Shown piece by piece: positions 8,290 through 19,073 of a stretch of DNA of 64,000 nt. The stretch is from Deferribacterales bacterium (GTDB taxonomy: Bacteria; Chrysiogenota; Deferribacteres; Deferribacterales; Geovibrionaceae). Within the stretch, counting starts at the first letter, position 1, and every line of letters starts with the position of its first letter. The notes under the pieces are model-generated. The model saw only the letters and a list, made by a program, of their open reading frames with translations, did no database searches and had not been told where the DNA came from. The translations under genes were made by a program, and so were the position numbers. The stretch is from NCBI GenBank assembly GCA_050253075.1, contig JBFWJS010000007.1:1-64000 (forward strand), written 5' to 3'.

Positions 8290-10565
8290 TCCATCTGGAA
8301 ACACTTGAATTCAGTCTTTTCAAGCAGTACGTGGTACGTGGCTTTACGTCGTCTTTTGCCATAAAAAGGCTCGAGGCTCTCAAACCGTACTATGCTAAGG
8401 AAAAGATAGAGAAATATAAAAACGAGCTCTCTGAAGCTCTCGAATATGTGCGCAGTTCAGACATCGTGATCCCTGCGGATTACGAATTCATTGCTCTGCA
8501 CCCAAAGCTGGATAACCCGCTCCTCTTTCTGGAGCCGGACGAGCTTCTCGTATTCAGCAGCTTTTTCAAAAATGTGAGAGAGATAAAGAAGAGCCTCATT
8601 GAGGGCGGTTCCATAGCTCTCAAGGTGTATCTCTCAGACATACACACACTCTCCGAGATCACAGACGACATAGACGAAACCGTGAACGACAAGGGCGAGA
8701 TAAAGGACTCTGCATCCGTAAAACTGCTGAACATCCGCACAGAGCTGAAAGCGGTACGAAAGCAGATTCAGAAAGACCTCGCAGGCGTTTTTGCCCATTC
8801 ATCCGCATCAAAGTTCATACAGGAAAATGTGATAACGGAGCGCAGCGGACGTTTCACCATCCCATGCAAGACAAACTTCAAACAGTATATACAGGGTATC
8901 GTCCACGACAGGTCGGCGAGCGGTCAGACGCTTTTTGTCGAGCCTTCGAACACAGTCGGGATGAACAACACCCAGCAGGAGCTGATGGCTGCGGAGCGTG
9001 AAGAATCCGTGCGCATCCTGAAAGAGCTCTCCGTGCGGATATACGAAAGCATGTATGAGATAAATACCACCATAGAAGCCTATACCGAGCTGTCTTTTCA
9101 TCTGGAGACTGCTCTCTTTTATAAATCAAAGCCGTATGTATTCCCTGAATTCGGAGATTCTGTCAGATTCAAGGACATACACCACCCCGTGATATTCATG
9201 GAAAAGGGTAATGAGTCAGTACCGCTCGATTTCTCCATTGAAAACGGCGACCTGACAGCCGTTGTCACAGGGCCGAACACAGGCGGAAAGACCGCAGCCC
9301 TGAAATCCATCGGGCTGAACCATGTACTAGGTAAGTGCGGTCTGCCACTGATAGGGAAGGGCGCACAGCTCATAAACTTTAAAAACATACTCGCCGACAT
9401 AGGTGACAAGCAGTCCCTCGTTATGGATCTGTCCACATTCAGCGCACACATGGTAAATATCAGGGATATCCTGAAAAAAGCCGACAGCGAATCCCTTGTG
9501 CTCCTCGACGAGGCGGGCACAGGTACGGAACCGCAGGAGGGCGCTGCACTTGCTGTCGCCGTGTGTACCACTCTGGCTGAAAAGGGTGCGAAGTCTGTCG
9601 TGACTACCCATTTCTCAGAGATGAAGAACTATGCTCTATCCGTCAAAACTGCGCTTATATATGCAGTGGACTTTGACTATAAGGATTTTTCGCCTAAGTA
9701 CCGTCTGCTGAAGGACGTAACGGGAAAGTCCGATCCGCTGGTGATAGCCCGCAGGCTGAACTTCCCCGAGGATGTCGTGCAGATGGCATCCGCTATGATA
9801 GACGAGCGTAAATCGAAAGCAGACCTAAGCATAGAAGAGATCAGCCGTATGCAGGCAGAGCTGGAAAGCAAGCTGAAAGACTATGAAGAGCGCATGCAGA
9901 AACTGCAGGAGCTCGAAGATAGATATAAAGAGAAAGAAGAACGCCTGAAAGAGCGTCTGGCGAAAAAAGAGACCGAACTGCTGGAAGATACCGTCCGCAT
10001 GTATAACAGGGCTAAGAGACTCTCTGAGAAGCCTCAGAAAGTGAAAGAGAAAGACGCCGTGGACAAAGACATGGAGCGGGCTTCCAATAAACTGCAAAAA
10101 GCTAAGAAAAAGATAAAACCCGTGGAAGGAATTCAGGCGGGCGACCTTATACACCTCGAAAAATATGATAAGAACGCAAAGGTTCTCGAAGTTGAAGGGA
10201 ATACCGCACGTATGGATATAGGCGGGCTGAAAATTTCGATGAAGCTGTCCGACATCGTAGGCACAAAGGTAAAGGAAGAAGAAAAGGTCAAAGACGTGCG
10301 TGTGAGCAGGGAAGTTTCCAGCGAGGGACGCTCAGAGGTTGTTTTAGTGGGCAAGCGTGTGGAAGAGGCTCTCGATATGCTGGATAAAAAGCTCGACGAC
10401 AGTATACTGGCGGGGCTTTCAAAGCTGTATATTGTGCATGGGCGTGGCTCTGGCCAGCTGCGTAAGGCTGTGCATGAATTTCTGCGTACAGACCCCAGGT
10501 CACAAGGCTACGGGCTAGGCTCAAACGAAGAGGGCGGACAGGCCGTTACCGTTGTGCAAATCTAA
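8286..10565 (+). CDS. mutS2: Endonuclease MutS2
   Basis: GIVHDRSASGQTLFVEP, Walker A GPNTGGKT, LSTFS, DEAGTGT, coiled coil, Smr domain HGRGSG. Confidence 0.95.
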   Translation: MIHLETLEFSLFKQYVVRGFTSSFAIKRLEALKPYYAKEKIEKYKNELSEALEYVRSSDIVIPADYEFIALHPKLDNPLLFLEPDELLVFSSFFKNVREIKKSLIEGGSIALKVYLSDIHTLSEITDDIDETVNDKGEIKDSASVKLLNIRTELKAVRKQIQKDLAGVFAHSSASKFIQENVITERSGRFTIPCKTNFKQYIQGIVHDRSASGQTLFVEPSNTVGMNNTQQELMAAEREESVRILKELSVRIYESMYEINTTIEAYTELSFHLETALFYKSKPYVFPEFGDSVRFKDIHHPVIFMEKGNESVPLDFSIENGDLTAVVTGPNTGGKTAALKSIGLNHVLGKCGLPLIGKGAQLINFKNILADIGDKQSLVMDLSTFSAHMVNIRDILKKADSESLVLLDEAGTGTEPQEGAALAVAVCTTLAEKGAKSVVTTHFSEMKNYALSVKTALIYAVDFDYKDFSPKYRLLKDVTGKSDPLVIARRLNFPEDVVQMASAMIDERKSKADLSIEEISRMQAELESKLKDYEERMQKLQELEDRYKEKEERLKERLAKKETELLEDTVRMYNRAKRLSEKPQKVKEKDAVDKDMERASNKLQKAKKKIKPVEGIQAGDLIHLEKYDKNAKVLEVEGNTARMDIGGLKISMKLSDIVGTKVKEEEKVKDVRVSREVSSEGRSEVVLVGKRVEEALDMLDKKLDDSILAGLSKLYIVHGRGSGQLRKAVHEFLRTDPRSQGYGLGSNEEGGQAVTVVQI

Positions 10566-10568
10566 TCG

Positions 10569-10597
10569 TTGACAAATCTATTGTATTTAGCCATACT
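10569..10597 (+). promoter_or_regulatory. Putative sigma70 promoter
   Basis: TTGACA-17bp-CATACT upstream of ORF 10628. Confidence 0.6.
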
Positions 10598-10627
10598 TAA
10601 CATCGTTTAACATTCAAAGGGGCAAAA

Positions 10628-11218
10628 ATGGAAGATATTGAAGTAAAGATCGGTGAACGTGTAAGAAAAATCAGAAATGAAAGAGGGCTCACACTTCAGG
10701 ATGTGGCTAACTTTACAGGCTTTTCAAAAGCGCTGATATCCCAGATCGAGAACAATATCGTTATGCCTCCGATAAATACACTGGCGAAGATAGCGAAAGT
10801 GCTGAACGTAAAGATGACATACTTCTTCGAAGAAGAGATAAATCACAACGACTATTATGTCGTGCGTAAGGATCAGAAGAAATTCATCTTCCGCGAGGGT
10901 GTTAAACACGGCTATATGTATGAGGAGCTGGCAAAGGTTAAGTCATTCGACTATCTGGACTGGCTGCTGGTGACCATAAAGCCTGATAAATGCGACGACA
11001 AGCTCTTCAGCCACGACGGATACGAATACATGTTTATTGTGGACGGCGGGATAAGGATGAAGATGGGTAATGAGATCATGGATCTTCTTGCCGGTGATTC
11101 CATCGCATTTAACTCTAAGATACCGCACGCCGCTGTACCTCTCGAGGGGCAGACAGCACTTGTGCTTTCAGCTCACCTTAAGATCGAGGCTCTCCGCGAA
11201 TTCATCAGAAACAATTAA
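10628..11218 (+). CDS. XRE-family HTH plus cupin transcriptional regulator
   Basis: N-terminal HTH 'IRNERGLTLQDVA...SQIE'; cupin 'HDGYE...GDSIAFNSKIPH'. Confidence 0.9.
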   Translation: MEDIEVKIGERVRKIRNERGLTLQDVANFTGFSKALISQIENNIVMPPINTLAKIAKVLNVKMTYFFEEEINHNDYYVVRKDQKKFIFREGVKHGYMYEELAKVKSFDYLDWLLVTIKPDKCDDKLFSHDGYEYMFIVDGGIRMKMGNEIMDLLAGDSIAFNSKIPHAAVPLEGQTALVLSAHLKIEALREFIRNN

Positions 11219-11284
11219 ATTAGCTGAAAAACCTACATCCTGCAGTTTCGAAGATGTGCTTAGCACAGGCAAGACCTGCTTGAT

Positions 11285-12358
11285 CTAACCTTTGAATAAT
11301 ACCGCTAGCTCGTCCAGTCTGGAGAGGCATCTGTACAGCTTTTTCTGAAAGCTGGATTCCAGAAGCTCCGGCGGGAAGAGGTCGGTGAGATCACACGAAC
11401 CCTTTATGAACAGCTTTGTATTGTAATAGTAACAGACATCTATCAGCTGGTTGAATCTCAGCGCATTGTTCAGCTGAACGAAAGGTCTGAGACCGTCTAT
11501 GAATATCGCCTCCACCGATGCGGGGATGACGAAATATTTAAACGGGTGGTTTGCCTCAAGGAGCTTGTTCAGAGATTCAAAGCCTATTTTCGACTTTGCC
11601 TTCCCTTCTGATTCGTATGCTGTGAAAGCATCGAGGAAGTTCCCTTCGGCTATGGTCTTGCGCATTTCTTTATTCTTTTTACGATAGTCCTCGCCCTCTA
11701 CCATCACAGATTCGAAGCTCTCTATGATGTTGCCTATCTGCTTGCCAAAGTTTTCAAGGCTGGCGACACGCCCCTTTCCGAGGTCTGCGGGGAGAGTGTT
11801 TGAGGTGGTTACTACGAATGTGTTTGGGTTCAGCTCACGGAAGAATTTGGACATGATGTGAACCATCGCCGGGTCGTCCAGCTCGAATTCGTCTATGAGC
11901 ACCAGATTCAGCTTTGAAAAGTGCTGAATGCAGTTTTCCACACCGAGGTAGTGGAAGAAATAGTTCATCTCGCCAAAGCTGAGGAAAGCCTTATTACGCT
12001 CGCATTTGTTATAGCATGCGCTTAACAGGTGTGTTTTTCCTATTCCGTAGCTTCCGTCTATGTATAGGTTTTTTGGCTTATTACTGTTAGCTTTCGGTTC
12101 TGATGGTTTCTTTTTACCGAAGAGTGAGAATTTCTTTTTGGCTGCCTCCGGTGTGGAGCTGATGCTCCTCATCTTTTCCAGAGAGCCCTGCAGACGCTCC
12201 TTTATCATCTTCTGCGTGGCGAAGTTCTCATCGGGTATGTAGTTGTCGAATGTGCAGTGGGAAAACTTCGGATGCGGACGCAGGTTATCAAAACAGTCTT
12301 CGACGGATATACCGAAGTTGATATCCTGGAGGTCTATGTACTTTTCGCTTGTGCTCAT
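11285..12358 (-). CDS. zapE: ZapE/AFG1-family ATPase
   Basis: LYIDGSYGIGKT Walker A, DEFE Walker B, VTTSN, EDYR, ALRF..LID, RCLSRL. Confidence 0.88.
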   Translation of the reverse strand: MSTSEKYIDLQDINFGISVEDCFDNLRPHPKFSHCTFDNYIPDENFATQKMIKERLQGSLEKMRSISSTPEAAKKKFSLFGKKKPSEPKANSNKPKNLYIDGSYGIGKTHLLSACYNKCERNKAFLSFGEMNYFFHYLGVENCIQHFSKLNLVLIDEFELDDPAMVHIMSKFFRELNPNTFVVTTSNTLPADLGKGRVASLENFGKQIGNIIESFESVMVEGEDYRKKNKEMRKTIAEGNFLDAFTAYESEGKAKSKIGFESLNKLLEANHPFKYFVIPASVEAIFIDGLRPFVQLNNALRFNQLIDVCYYYNTKLFIKGSCDLTDLFPPELLESSFQKKLYRCLSRLDELAVLFKG

Positions 12359-12438
12359 ATATAATAAGTCTCTCTATACTATTTGCTTTATTAATAACTT
12401 TTGATGGAAGAATATATATTAATTTACGGAGAAAATCA

Positions 12439-13221
12439 ATGTTAACGAAAATAGAGAATGCCGTAAGAATCGCAGGCAGACACCTTTTAAAAGGATACAG
12501 CGGACTGAAGGATGTTAATTATAAAGGGAAGGTCGACCTTGTGACCCAATACGATGTCGAGGTGGAGAAGATATTGCTGGAGGAGCTGTCTTTCATGAGC
12601 GGCGAATACGGCTTTGTCGCTGAGGAAACCTGCAAAGGCGTCAGCAGCAGGGAAAAGAACGTCTATATCGACCCCATAGACGGCACGACAAACTTTGTGC
12701 ATGGATTTCCCTTTTGCTGTGTGTCTGTCGGGGTGTATAATAAAGATGAGGGTGAATACGGCATCGTATATAACCCTGTGCTGGACGAGATGTTTACCGC
12801 AGAGAAAGGCTGCGGAGCATACCTCAACGGCAGCAGAATAAGCGTATCAAAGACTCAGTCGCCTGAGCAGGCGCTTGTTGCCACAGGGTTTTCGTGCAGC
12901 GATAATGTAAATATAGACAAACAAAGCTTAGAGGTGTTGGGCAGGATACTGCAGTCCACAAGAGGCATAAGGCGGGCTGGTTCCGCTGCTATGGATCTGT
13001 GCTATGTCGCTAAGGGTGTTTTTGATGTGTATTACGAGTCACATCTCAGCCCGTGGGATATAGCAGCCGGCGCTGTTATTGCATCTGAGGCGGGAGCCGA
13101 CGTTTTTGGTAAAATTTACGGTCAGCCGGCCGGACTGTACGAAAAATTCATATTCTCCTCAACTCCAAAAATTAGCAGAGAAATGTATGGTGTAATTAGT
13201 ATGCATACAATTATTAAATAA
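12439..13221 (+). CDS. Inositol monophosphatase family protein (SuhB-like)
   Basis: IDPIDGTTNFVHG, RRAGSAAMD, WDIAAG; start placed at ATG 12439 after GGAG. Confidence 0.92.
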   Translation: MLTKIENAVRIAGRHLLKGYSGLKDVNYKGKVDLVTQYDVEVEKILLEELSFMSGEYGFVAEETCKGVSSREKNVYIDPIDGTTNFVHGFPFCCVSVGVYNKDEGEYGIVYNPVLDEMFTAEKGCGAYLNGSRISVSKTQSPEQALVATGFSCSDNVNIDKQSLEVLGRILQSTRGIRRAGSAAMDLCYVAKGVFDVYYESHLSPWDIAAGAVIASEAGADVFGKIYGQPAGLYEKFIFSSTPKISREMYGVISMHTIIK

Positions 13222-13418
13222 TTATATTTATTAATTGCATAAGTATATTAGAGAGGTGCTTTTATAACATAGGTGAATCAAAAATCTACAGTGTGATTGA
13301 AATTTGTAATAAGGAAATAATTCTTATGGCACAGTAAAATACATACTTATCTGTATTTACAGTCATAATTAAAAACGATAAAGTTTCAATATGTTTATGT
13401 AAAACGGTGAGATATACA

Positions 13419-14000
13419 ATGAGGACTGTACTTATTCATAGCAAAAACACACTTTTTAAAGAGTATCTTTCTTCTTTGATAGGAAAGATAGGGAATGTCG
13501 TCTCTGTTGATAGCTGTTCCACTTTTGAGTGTATGGAAGCAAAATTGAAAGATAAAAACTACGATTTTGTTTTCATAGACCTTTTCTCCAGAACATATGA
13601 AGATGAAATGCTGACTATGTTAAGGAATTATTGCGATGTTTCCAGCGTCGTAATGTTCACCACGAAAGAAAACCACCTTCTTAACTACTTCAATTACAAA
13701 TACGGAATAAAGCATTACATATTCTCTGATGATGATATGGAAGATATCATCGACGAGATCAAATCCTTACTCTCCGGTACAAACGGATCAAACGGCAGAT
13801 GCGGTTCCAGCGTTCTCACCAGCAGAGAGTGTGAGATACTCAAACACATAGCCGACGGTAAAACCAGCAAAGAGATAGCCGACGAGCTCTGCATAAGCAA
13901 AAACACTGTGGACACCCACAGGAATAAGATGCTGCAGAAGCTGAACCTCGCGAACTCTGCTTCTCTTGTACATTATGCGTTTAAATCAGGAATGGTTTAA
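13419..14000 (+). CDS. LuxR/NarL-family regulator with atypical receiver domain
   Basis: C-terminal LTSRECEIL..IADGKTSKEIA..ISKNTVDTHR; receiver-like N-terminus lacks the acidic DD pair. Confidence 0.88.
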   Translation: MRTVLIHSKNTLFKEYLSSLIGKIGNVVSVDSCSTFECMEAKLKDKNYDFVFIDLFSRTYEDEMLTMLRNYCDVSSVVMFTTKENHLLNYFNYKYGIKHYIFSDDDMEDIIDEIKSLLSGTNGSNGRCGSSVLTSRECEILKHIADGKTSKEIADELCISKNTVDTHRNKMLQKLNLANSASLVHYAFKSGMV

Positions 14001-14008
14001 GGATTTAT

Positions 14009-16246
14009 CTAGCTCTGTTTCAGTACGATCTTGAAGATGGCGCCCGTGTCGCTGTTTTCAGCCTTTATGCTTCCGCCCATGTGATCTTCTATTATACTTT
14101 TTGCCATATAGAGCCCTATACCCGTGCCTTTTGAAGGCTTTGTGGTGAAATAGGGTTCGAACACTCTGTCTATTATCTTTTCAGGTATGCCACCTGCGTT
14201 GTCTGCTATGCTTATCTCTATGTTTGTGCCGTCTGCGGAGATTACGATGTTTATTATCCCCCCGTAAACTTCAACTTTGTCACCTTTTATGGCGTCTCTG
14301 GCGTTGTTAAGCACGTTCATCAGCACCTGCTTGAATTCGTTCGCATAGCCATAGCACCTGAAACAGGAGGTCTCTATGCCTATGGCATTTTTTTCAATCA
14401 GTTCCTCAGATGAGTATGAAGCCATCTCTGTTCTGCTGTTTACCACTGTCAGGTTCAGGGATATATTATCCTTCTGTAGCTGTTTACTCAGCATTTTTAT
14501 GACTGTATGCACGTCAGAGGCTATATTGAAGGACTCTTTCGACTTGCTAGGCATGAGGAAACTGCGGAAATCCTCAACAGTTTGGTTCATGTAGTTTATC
14601 TGGCTGAGAGACTCTTCCGCTACGCCCATAAGGTAATGCTGATCCACCTGGTTCCTTTCGGCGGCGTCTGCTATGTCCTGCATGAGGTAGCTGATGGCCG
14701 TGATAGGCTGCTTCCACTGGTGGATGATGGCCGACAGCAGCTCGCCCACAGAGGACATTTTAGACTGCTGTATGAGCAGCTGTTCCTGCTTATGCCGTTT
14801 ATCTGTTTCCTCGTTTATCATCTTTTCGAGGTTTTTGTTCATGTCTTTCAGCTTTGTTTCCATTGCCACTTTTTCTGTCACGTCGTGGCATATGGCGAAA
14901 AGGAGCGTCTGCCCGTCCATTTCTATAGGGGACGCCTGTATCTCTATATCGTATATCCTGTCGCTCAGCTTAAACTTTGATATGTAGTTCTGAAGTCCTG
15001 TATACATAGACCTCTGAAGCATCTCGTAAACGTCTGCTTCTGGGAGAAGGCTGACATCGGACACTTTGAGGCTGAGGAGTTCTTCCTTATCCATATTGAA
15101 GAATCTGCATGCGGCGATATTAGCGTCGATGACATTGCCGTCTGGGCTGATTATGAACATGATGGAGTGATGGTCCTGAAACATGCTCTTAAAGCGTTTA
15201 TAAAGGGAGCTGATCACCTTGTTCTGGTATACTGCGTTGTCTTTTGCCTCTTCGAGCTCTCTGGTGCGTTCCGCTACTTTTGTCTCAAGGCTGATATTCA
15301 GCTTTTCGATCTTTTTCAGCACTGCGCCGAATCCGACATAAAGCACTGTGGAGCTGAGTATGATGACCAGCGCCGTGATCGTGAGTATGTATATGAAGAA
15401 TGAGGTAAATCTCTTCTGCAGGTCTGTTATGTTGTTTGTGGTGAGGTAGTGGCCTATAAGGTCGCCTTTGAAGTCGTATATCTCTTTCGAGTGTATGATA
15501 TATCTGGTGTCGCCGACAGTAATCTGCTGGGTGGTTTTAGCAGGATTAAAAGAGGAGGGGAGCCTGTCGTATACGGAACTGCTTTTGTCTATTATGGTCG
15601 GGTGCATGCTGTCGTCTGCTAATGTTTCGAGGATGCTGAGTCCGTATTCGGCTTTCAGCACTTGTTTCACCATGTCGTTCATGCCTGTGGTGTGTATCAT
15701 AAACTCCAAAATTCCTATCTTCTTTCCGTCTATGATGATGTTTTTCGCAACCTGATAATACAGCCTGTCGTTTGATATGGTGAATCCGTGTATGGAGTCT
15801 GTATGATTGATAAGCGCATTTATGTAGCCGTGTACGGACATGTCTGTGCCGTATCTGGTGATGTCGTTCATGGAGAGGTACAGCTTTCCGTCGGGCAGAT
15901 AGAATGAAATGTTGTAAAAGTCTTTATTTTCTTTGCGCAGAGTCTGGAATCTGGGCATGAGCAGCTCTATCAGCTCGTCTCTGTTGCTGTTTAGGAAAGC
16001 GTTGATAATGCCGGTGTTTGAGCCGATGAATCCGTTTATCCTCGATTCGTATGTCTGTGTCAGACGCTGAAATTCGGACTCTACAAGGTATCCGAGCGCA
16101 TCTTCATGGTATCGTATCTTTTCGTTATAGCCCTGCTTAAACTCGTAAACTGAGATCGCAACGAAAATGCCCGACATAAAGAGGATAACGATCAATATTA
16201 TAAGAATTGCCCGGTTTCTGGTATCCATCGTTGACCCGCTTTTCAC
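14009..16246 (-). CDS. Membrane sensor histidine kinase (periplasmic Cache-like, PAS, HisKA, HATPase)
   Basis: Two transmembrane helices; PAS; H-box IHQWKQP; N-box NNARDA; DNAGGI, FEPYFTTK, GTGIGL; true start may be 16228. Confidence 0.92.
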   Translation of the reverse strand: MKSGSTMDTRNRAILIILIVILFMSGIFVAISVYEFKQGYNEKIRYHEDALGYLVESEFQRLTQTYESRINGFIGSNTGIINAFLNSNRDELIELLMPRFQTLRKENKDFYNISFYLPDGKLYLSMNDITRYGTDMSVHGYINALINHTDSIHGFTISNDRLYYQVAKNIIIDGKKIGILEFMIHTTGMNDMVKQVLKAEYGLSILETLADDSMHPTIIDKSSSVYDRLPSSFNPAKTTQQITVGDTRYIIHSKEIYDFKGDLIGHYLTTNNITDLQKRFTSFFIYILTITALVIILSSTVLYVGFGAVLKKIEKLNISLETKVAERTRELEEAKDNAVYQNKVISSLYKRFKSMFQDHHSIMFIISPDGNVIDANIAACRFFNMDKEELLSLKVSDVSLLPEADVYEMLQRSMYTGLQNYISKFKLSDRIYDIEIQASPIEMDGQTLLFAICHDVTEKVAMETKLKDMNKNLEKMINEETDKRHKQEQLLIQQSKMSSVGELLSAIIHQWKQPITAISYLMQDIADAAERNQVDQHYLMGVAEESLSQINYMNQTVEDFRSFLMPSKSKESFNIASDVHTVIKMLSKQLQKDNISLNLTVVNSRTEMASYSSEELIEKNAIGIETSCFRCYGYANEFKQVLMNVLNNARDAIKGDKVEVYGGIINIVISADGTNIEISIADNAGGIPEKIIDRVFEPYFTTKPSKGTGIGLYMAKSIIEDHMGGSIKAENSDTGAIFKIVLKQS

Positions 16247-16274
16247 TGACTATAAAATTATAACATATAATGGA

Positions 16275-17246
16275 TTATAACCATACGCTATTAATAGCAT
16301 AATATCTCAGAGGAAAGAATAGGCTAATTAGCATAAATATAAGAACAAATATCAGGGAAATTCTGAAAGACCTTACAGGCGTTGCTTTCAGCACTATTTT
16401 ATATATCAGGGTATTTATACCGTTTGCCGCTGCTAAAAACAGCGAGATGTAAAACGCATACCCCACATACATATACTCTTTCTGTAGGATGCAGTAAGGG
16501 CACTTATGGCTAGGCAGTTCATATACGTATGTACCTGTGAAAAGTATAAGGTTTGCCACGCCTGTGAAAAAGAAGGCGGCTGACAATATAGCCGTCAGCG
16601 GAGCGTTCTTTAAAAGGATTGCCGTGATGAGGAGCACGCTGCACCCTATGAAGGTATAAAATGCCGTGAAAGGCTTTATAGACATCAAAAGCGAGACATC
16701 ATCCCCGCCTGTGCTGTATATGCTGCTGCAGCAGCTGACGACGGCGGTGGGGTCTATATTGGCGAAATTCAGGAATGAGAGAGCCGTTTCCGCTGTCACC
16801 GTCAGGACTATGAAAAGTAGAAAGGCATATTTTATCCTTGTATACGGCAGGTCTTCGAAGGTGTTGTTGCCTTTATAAACGGCGAGCCATCCTGACATCA
16901 GGAATATGTTCAGCATCTTTATATAAAGCAGTTTCGAGCCGTATAACGTGGCGTTTATGCTACCTGCTGCGCACATCGCACCTGTCAGCACGGAGGCCAG
17001 TTTGTCGTTTGTGTATACGTAGAAAAGGAACAGGGGGATCTTAAAAAGGAAAACGTAGAAAACGATGGTCGAGAGCAGGTAACGCCTCTTTTCCAGTTTG
17101 TACTGCTGATTAGCAGATGACGCCATATCCCACTTTGATGCTATCTGAAAGGCATAAGGAGAGGCGTATATGAGCAAAAGCATGGTGATGCTGTCTGTCA
17201 GCAGGAGTATGAAGACCTCCGGTATCAGGAGCCCCATGTCATTCAC
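16275..17246 (-). CDS. Multi-pass membrane protein with Cys/His motifs, function unknown
   Basis: About 8 hydrophobic helices; GAMCAAG, SCCS, HKCPYC; overlaps the upstream ABC ATPase stop. Confidence 0.75.
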   Translation of the reverse strand: MNDMGLLIPEVFILLLTDSITMLLLIYASPYAFQIASKWDMASSANQQYKLEKRRYLLSTIVFYVFLFKIPLFLFYVYTNDKLASVLTGAMCAAGSINATLYGSKLLYIKMLNIFLMSGWLAVYKGNNTFEDLPYTRIKYAFLLFIVLTVTAETALSFLNFANIDPTAVVSCCSSIYSTGGDDVSLLMSIKPFTAFYTFIGCSVLLITAILLKNAPLTAILSAAFFFTGVANLILFTGTYVYELPSHKCPYCILQKEYMYVGYAFYISLFLAAANGINTLIYKIVLKATPVRSFRISLIFVLIFMLISLFFPLRYYAINSVWL

Positions 17247-17901
17247 CTTTGGACATGGTTATCACCCTGTCTGCTATGCCCGACTCACACACGTATTTAT
17301 CATGGGTGGAGATGATTATCGTCCGCCCTTCATCCTTCATCATGCGGAAGATGTCCAGCAGGCTGTCCGTGAGGGCAGAGTCCAGATTCGCCGTGGGTTC
17401 GTCTGCCAGTATCAGCGACGGTTCGTTTATCAGTGCTCTGGCTATTGCCGTGCGCTGCATCTCACCGCCCGAGAGCTTTTCTATGTGTATATCTGCCTTG
17501 TCTGCCATATTCAGCTTTTCCAGAGTGGTGTACACTCTGGTGCGAATGTCTTTTATATGCATACCTGACGGTATAAGAGGCACGGAGATGTTCTCCGCCA
17601 CGGTCATCTTTTCTATCAGGTTATACTGCTGATATATCATGCCTATGTGGTCTCTGCGGTACTGCGATGCGAAGTGCTCGGGGAGCTTTGATATGCCCCT
17701 ACCGTCTATCTCGACGGTTCCTTCGGAGGGCTTTATCAGCCCCGCTGTCATGTTCAGCACGGTGCTCTTTCCGCTGCCGCTCGGCCCGCTGAGTATCACC
17801 GTCTCGCCCTTTGATATCTCAAGGCTGAAGCTGCGCACGGGTGTTATAATACCGCTTCTGCCTATGTTGTAGGATTTTGTGACGTTTATAAACCTTATCA
17901 T
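17239..17901 (-). CDS. ABC transporter ATP-binding protein (LolD/MacB-type)
   Basis: GPSGSGKS, LSGGEMQR, ILADEPTANLD, STH. Confidence 0.95.
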   Translation of the reverse strand: MIRFINVTKSYNIGRSGIITPVRSFSLEISKGETVILSGPSGSGKSTVLNMTAGLIKPSEGTVEIDGRGISKLPEHFASQYRRDHIGMIYQQYNLIEKMTVAENISVPLIPSGMHIKDIRTRVYTTLEKLNMADKADIHIEKLSGGEMQRTAIARALINEPSLILADEPTANLDSALTDSLLDIFRMMKDEGRTIIISTHDKYVCESGIADRVITMSKGE

Positions 17902-19073
17902 CTTATCACCTCACCCGGGTCTGTGGATGAGGCTCTCCATGCGGGGATTATCACTGCTGCCATGTATAAAGGCACGGTGAGGAAGAATGCCGAGATATAA
18001 ACCACGGGGGAAAAGGTGTAAACGATGTCGAAGTGCGGCTTCAGGTATGAATATCCCATAAAAATATTCCTGAGTCCCGGCGCATTAAGGATAAAGACAT
18101 AAATATTTGATATAACCACGGCGGATAAATATGCTGTGAATGATATTATGACCGATTCGTATATCTTTATCTTTAAAACGTCAGGAGTCGACCATCCGAC
18201 GGATTTTAATATGGCTATCTCACGTGTTTCCGCACCGGAAAGCCCGCTCAGCTTGTCGAACACCAGCATGAAGAATGTGAAAACGGCAGATATGAAAAAG
18301 AGCAGGAATATGCCGTCTTTATAGTCGAACATGTTCTGATAAGAAGCCTTTATGACCTCTTTGGTGGTTACTTTATACGATGGCGACATGTTCTCTATCT
18401 TTTCCTGTACGGTGGATATCTCCTGCGGGTTTGCCACTGTCACGGCTATGTCTGCGCCGTAGCCGTCGGGGATGCCGAGTATCTCTCTGGCTGTGGGGAT
18501 GTCTGTTATCACAGTGTCGGCGGATATCATCTGTGACGCTGTCTTGAAAACCCCTGCGGTGTTCAGCGTGAGGTATGTGCCGTCAGGCTTCTGAAAGCTG
18601 AATTCATCCTTGCCGTATATGCCGTTTATAATGTTTCTAAGCCCGCCCCCTATGAGCATCCCGCCGTTTCTCAGGGTGTTCAGGTCGAGCCCGTCGGTTA
18701 TCTCGCTCATGGTCTTGCTGAGTGCAGGGTCGTATATGTCTATCCCCACTATGGTGAGGTTTGTGCTCAGATAGTCAAAGTCGTAAAAGCCCCATACACG
18801 CAGTGATGCGGATGTGACCCCGTGGATGAGTATGATGTCTTCCAGTGAATTTGTGCTCAGGTATTGCTGTCTGCCCCCTGTGACACGCTGTACGACAATG
18901 TCGGGGAGATTGTCTAGAGAATACTGCGCCTCACTTTTCAGCCCTGATGTGATGGAAAAGAGCGAAAGGGCGACGGATATCAGCAGTGTGAATATGATGA
19001 ATATGAAAAGGTGCTTCCATTTATGCCTGCTGACGGAGAGCAGGGCGAACTCTGTCATTTTCAGATTTATCAT
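17898..19073 (-). CDS. ABC transporter permease (MacB/FtsX/LolC-like)
   Basis: One helix, large periplasmic loop, three helices; 'REIAILKSVGW', 'IPAWRAS..DP'. Confidence 0.9.
   Translation of the reverse strand: MINLKMTEFALLSVSRHKWKHLFIFIIFTLLISVALSLFSITSGLKSEAQYSLDNLPDIVVQRVTGGRQQYLSTNSLEDIILIHGVTSASLRVWGFYDFDYLSTNLTIVGIDIYDPALSKTMSEITDGLDLNTLRNGGMLIGGGLRNIINGIYGKDEFSFQKPDGTYLTLNTAGVFKTASQMISADTVITDIPTAREILGIPDGYGADIAVTVANPQEISTVQEKIENMSPSYKVTTKEVIKASYQNMFDYKDGIFLLFFISAVFTFFMLVFDKLSGLSGAETREIAILKSVGWSTPDVLKIKIYESVIISFTAYLSAVVISNIYVFILNAPGLRNIFMGYSYLKPHFDIVYTFSPVVYISAFFLTVPLYMAAVIIPAWRASSTDPGEVIR

Noticed and set aside
9820..10120. Lys/Glu-rich repetitive-looking tract
   Set aside because: Normal MutS2 coiled coil, not a DNA repeat
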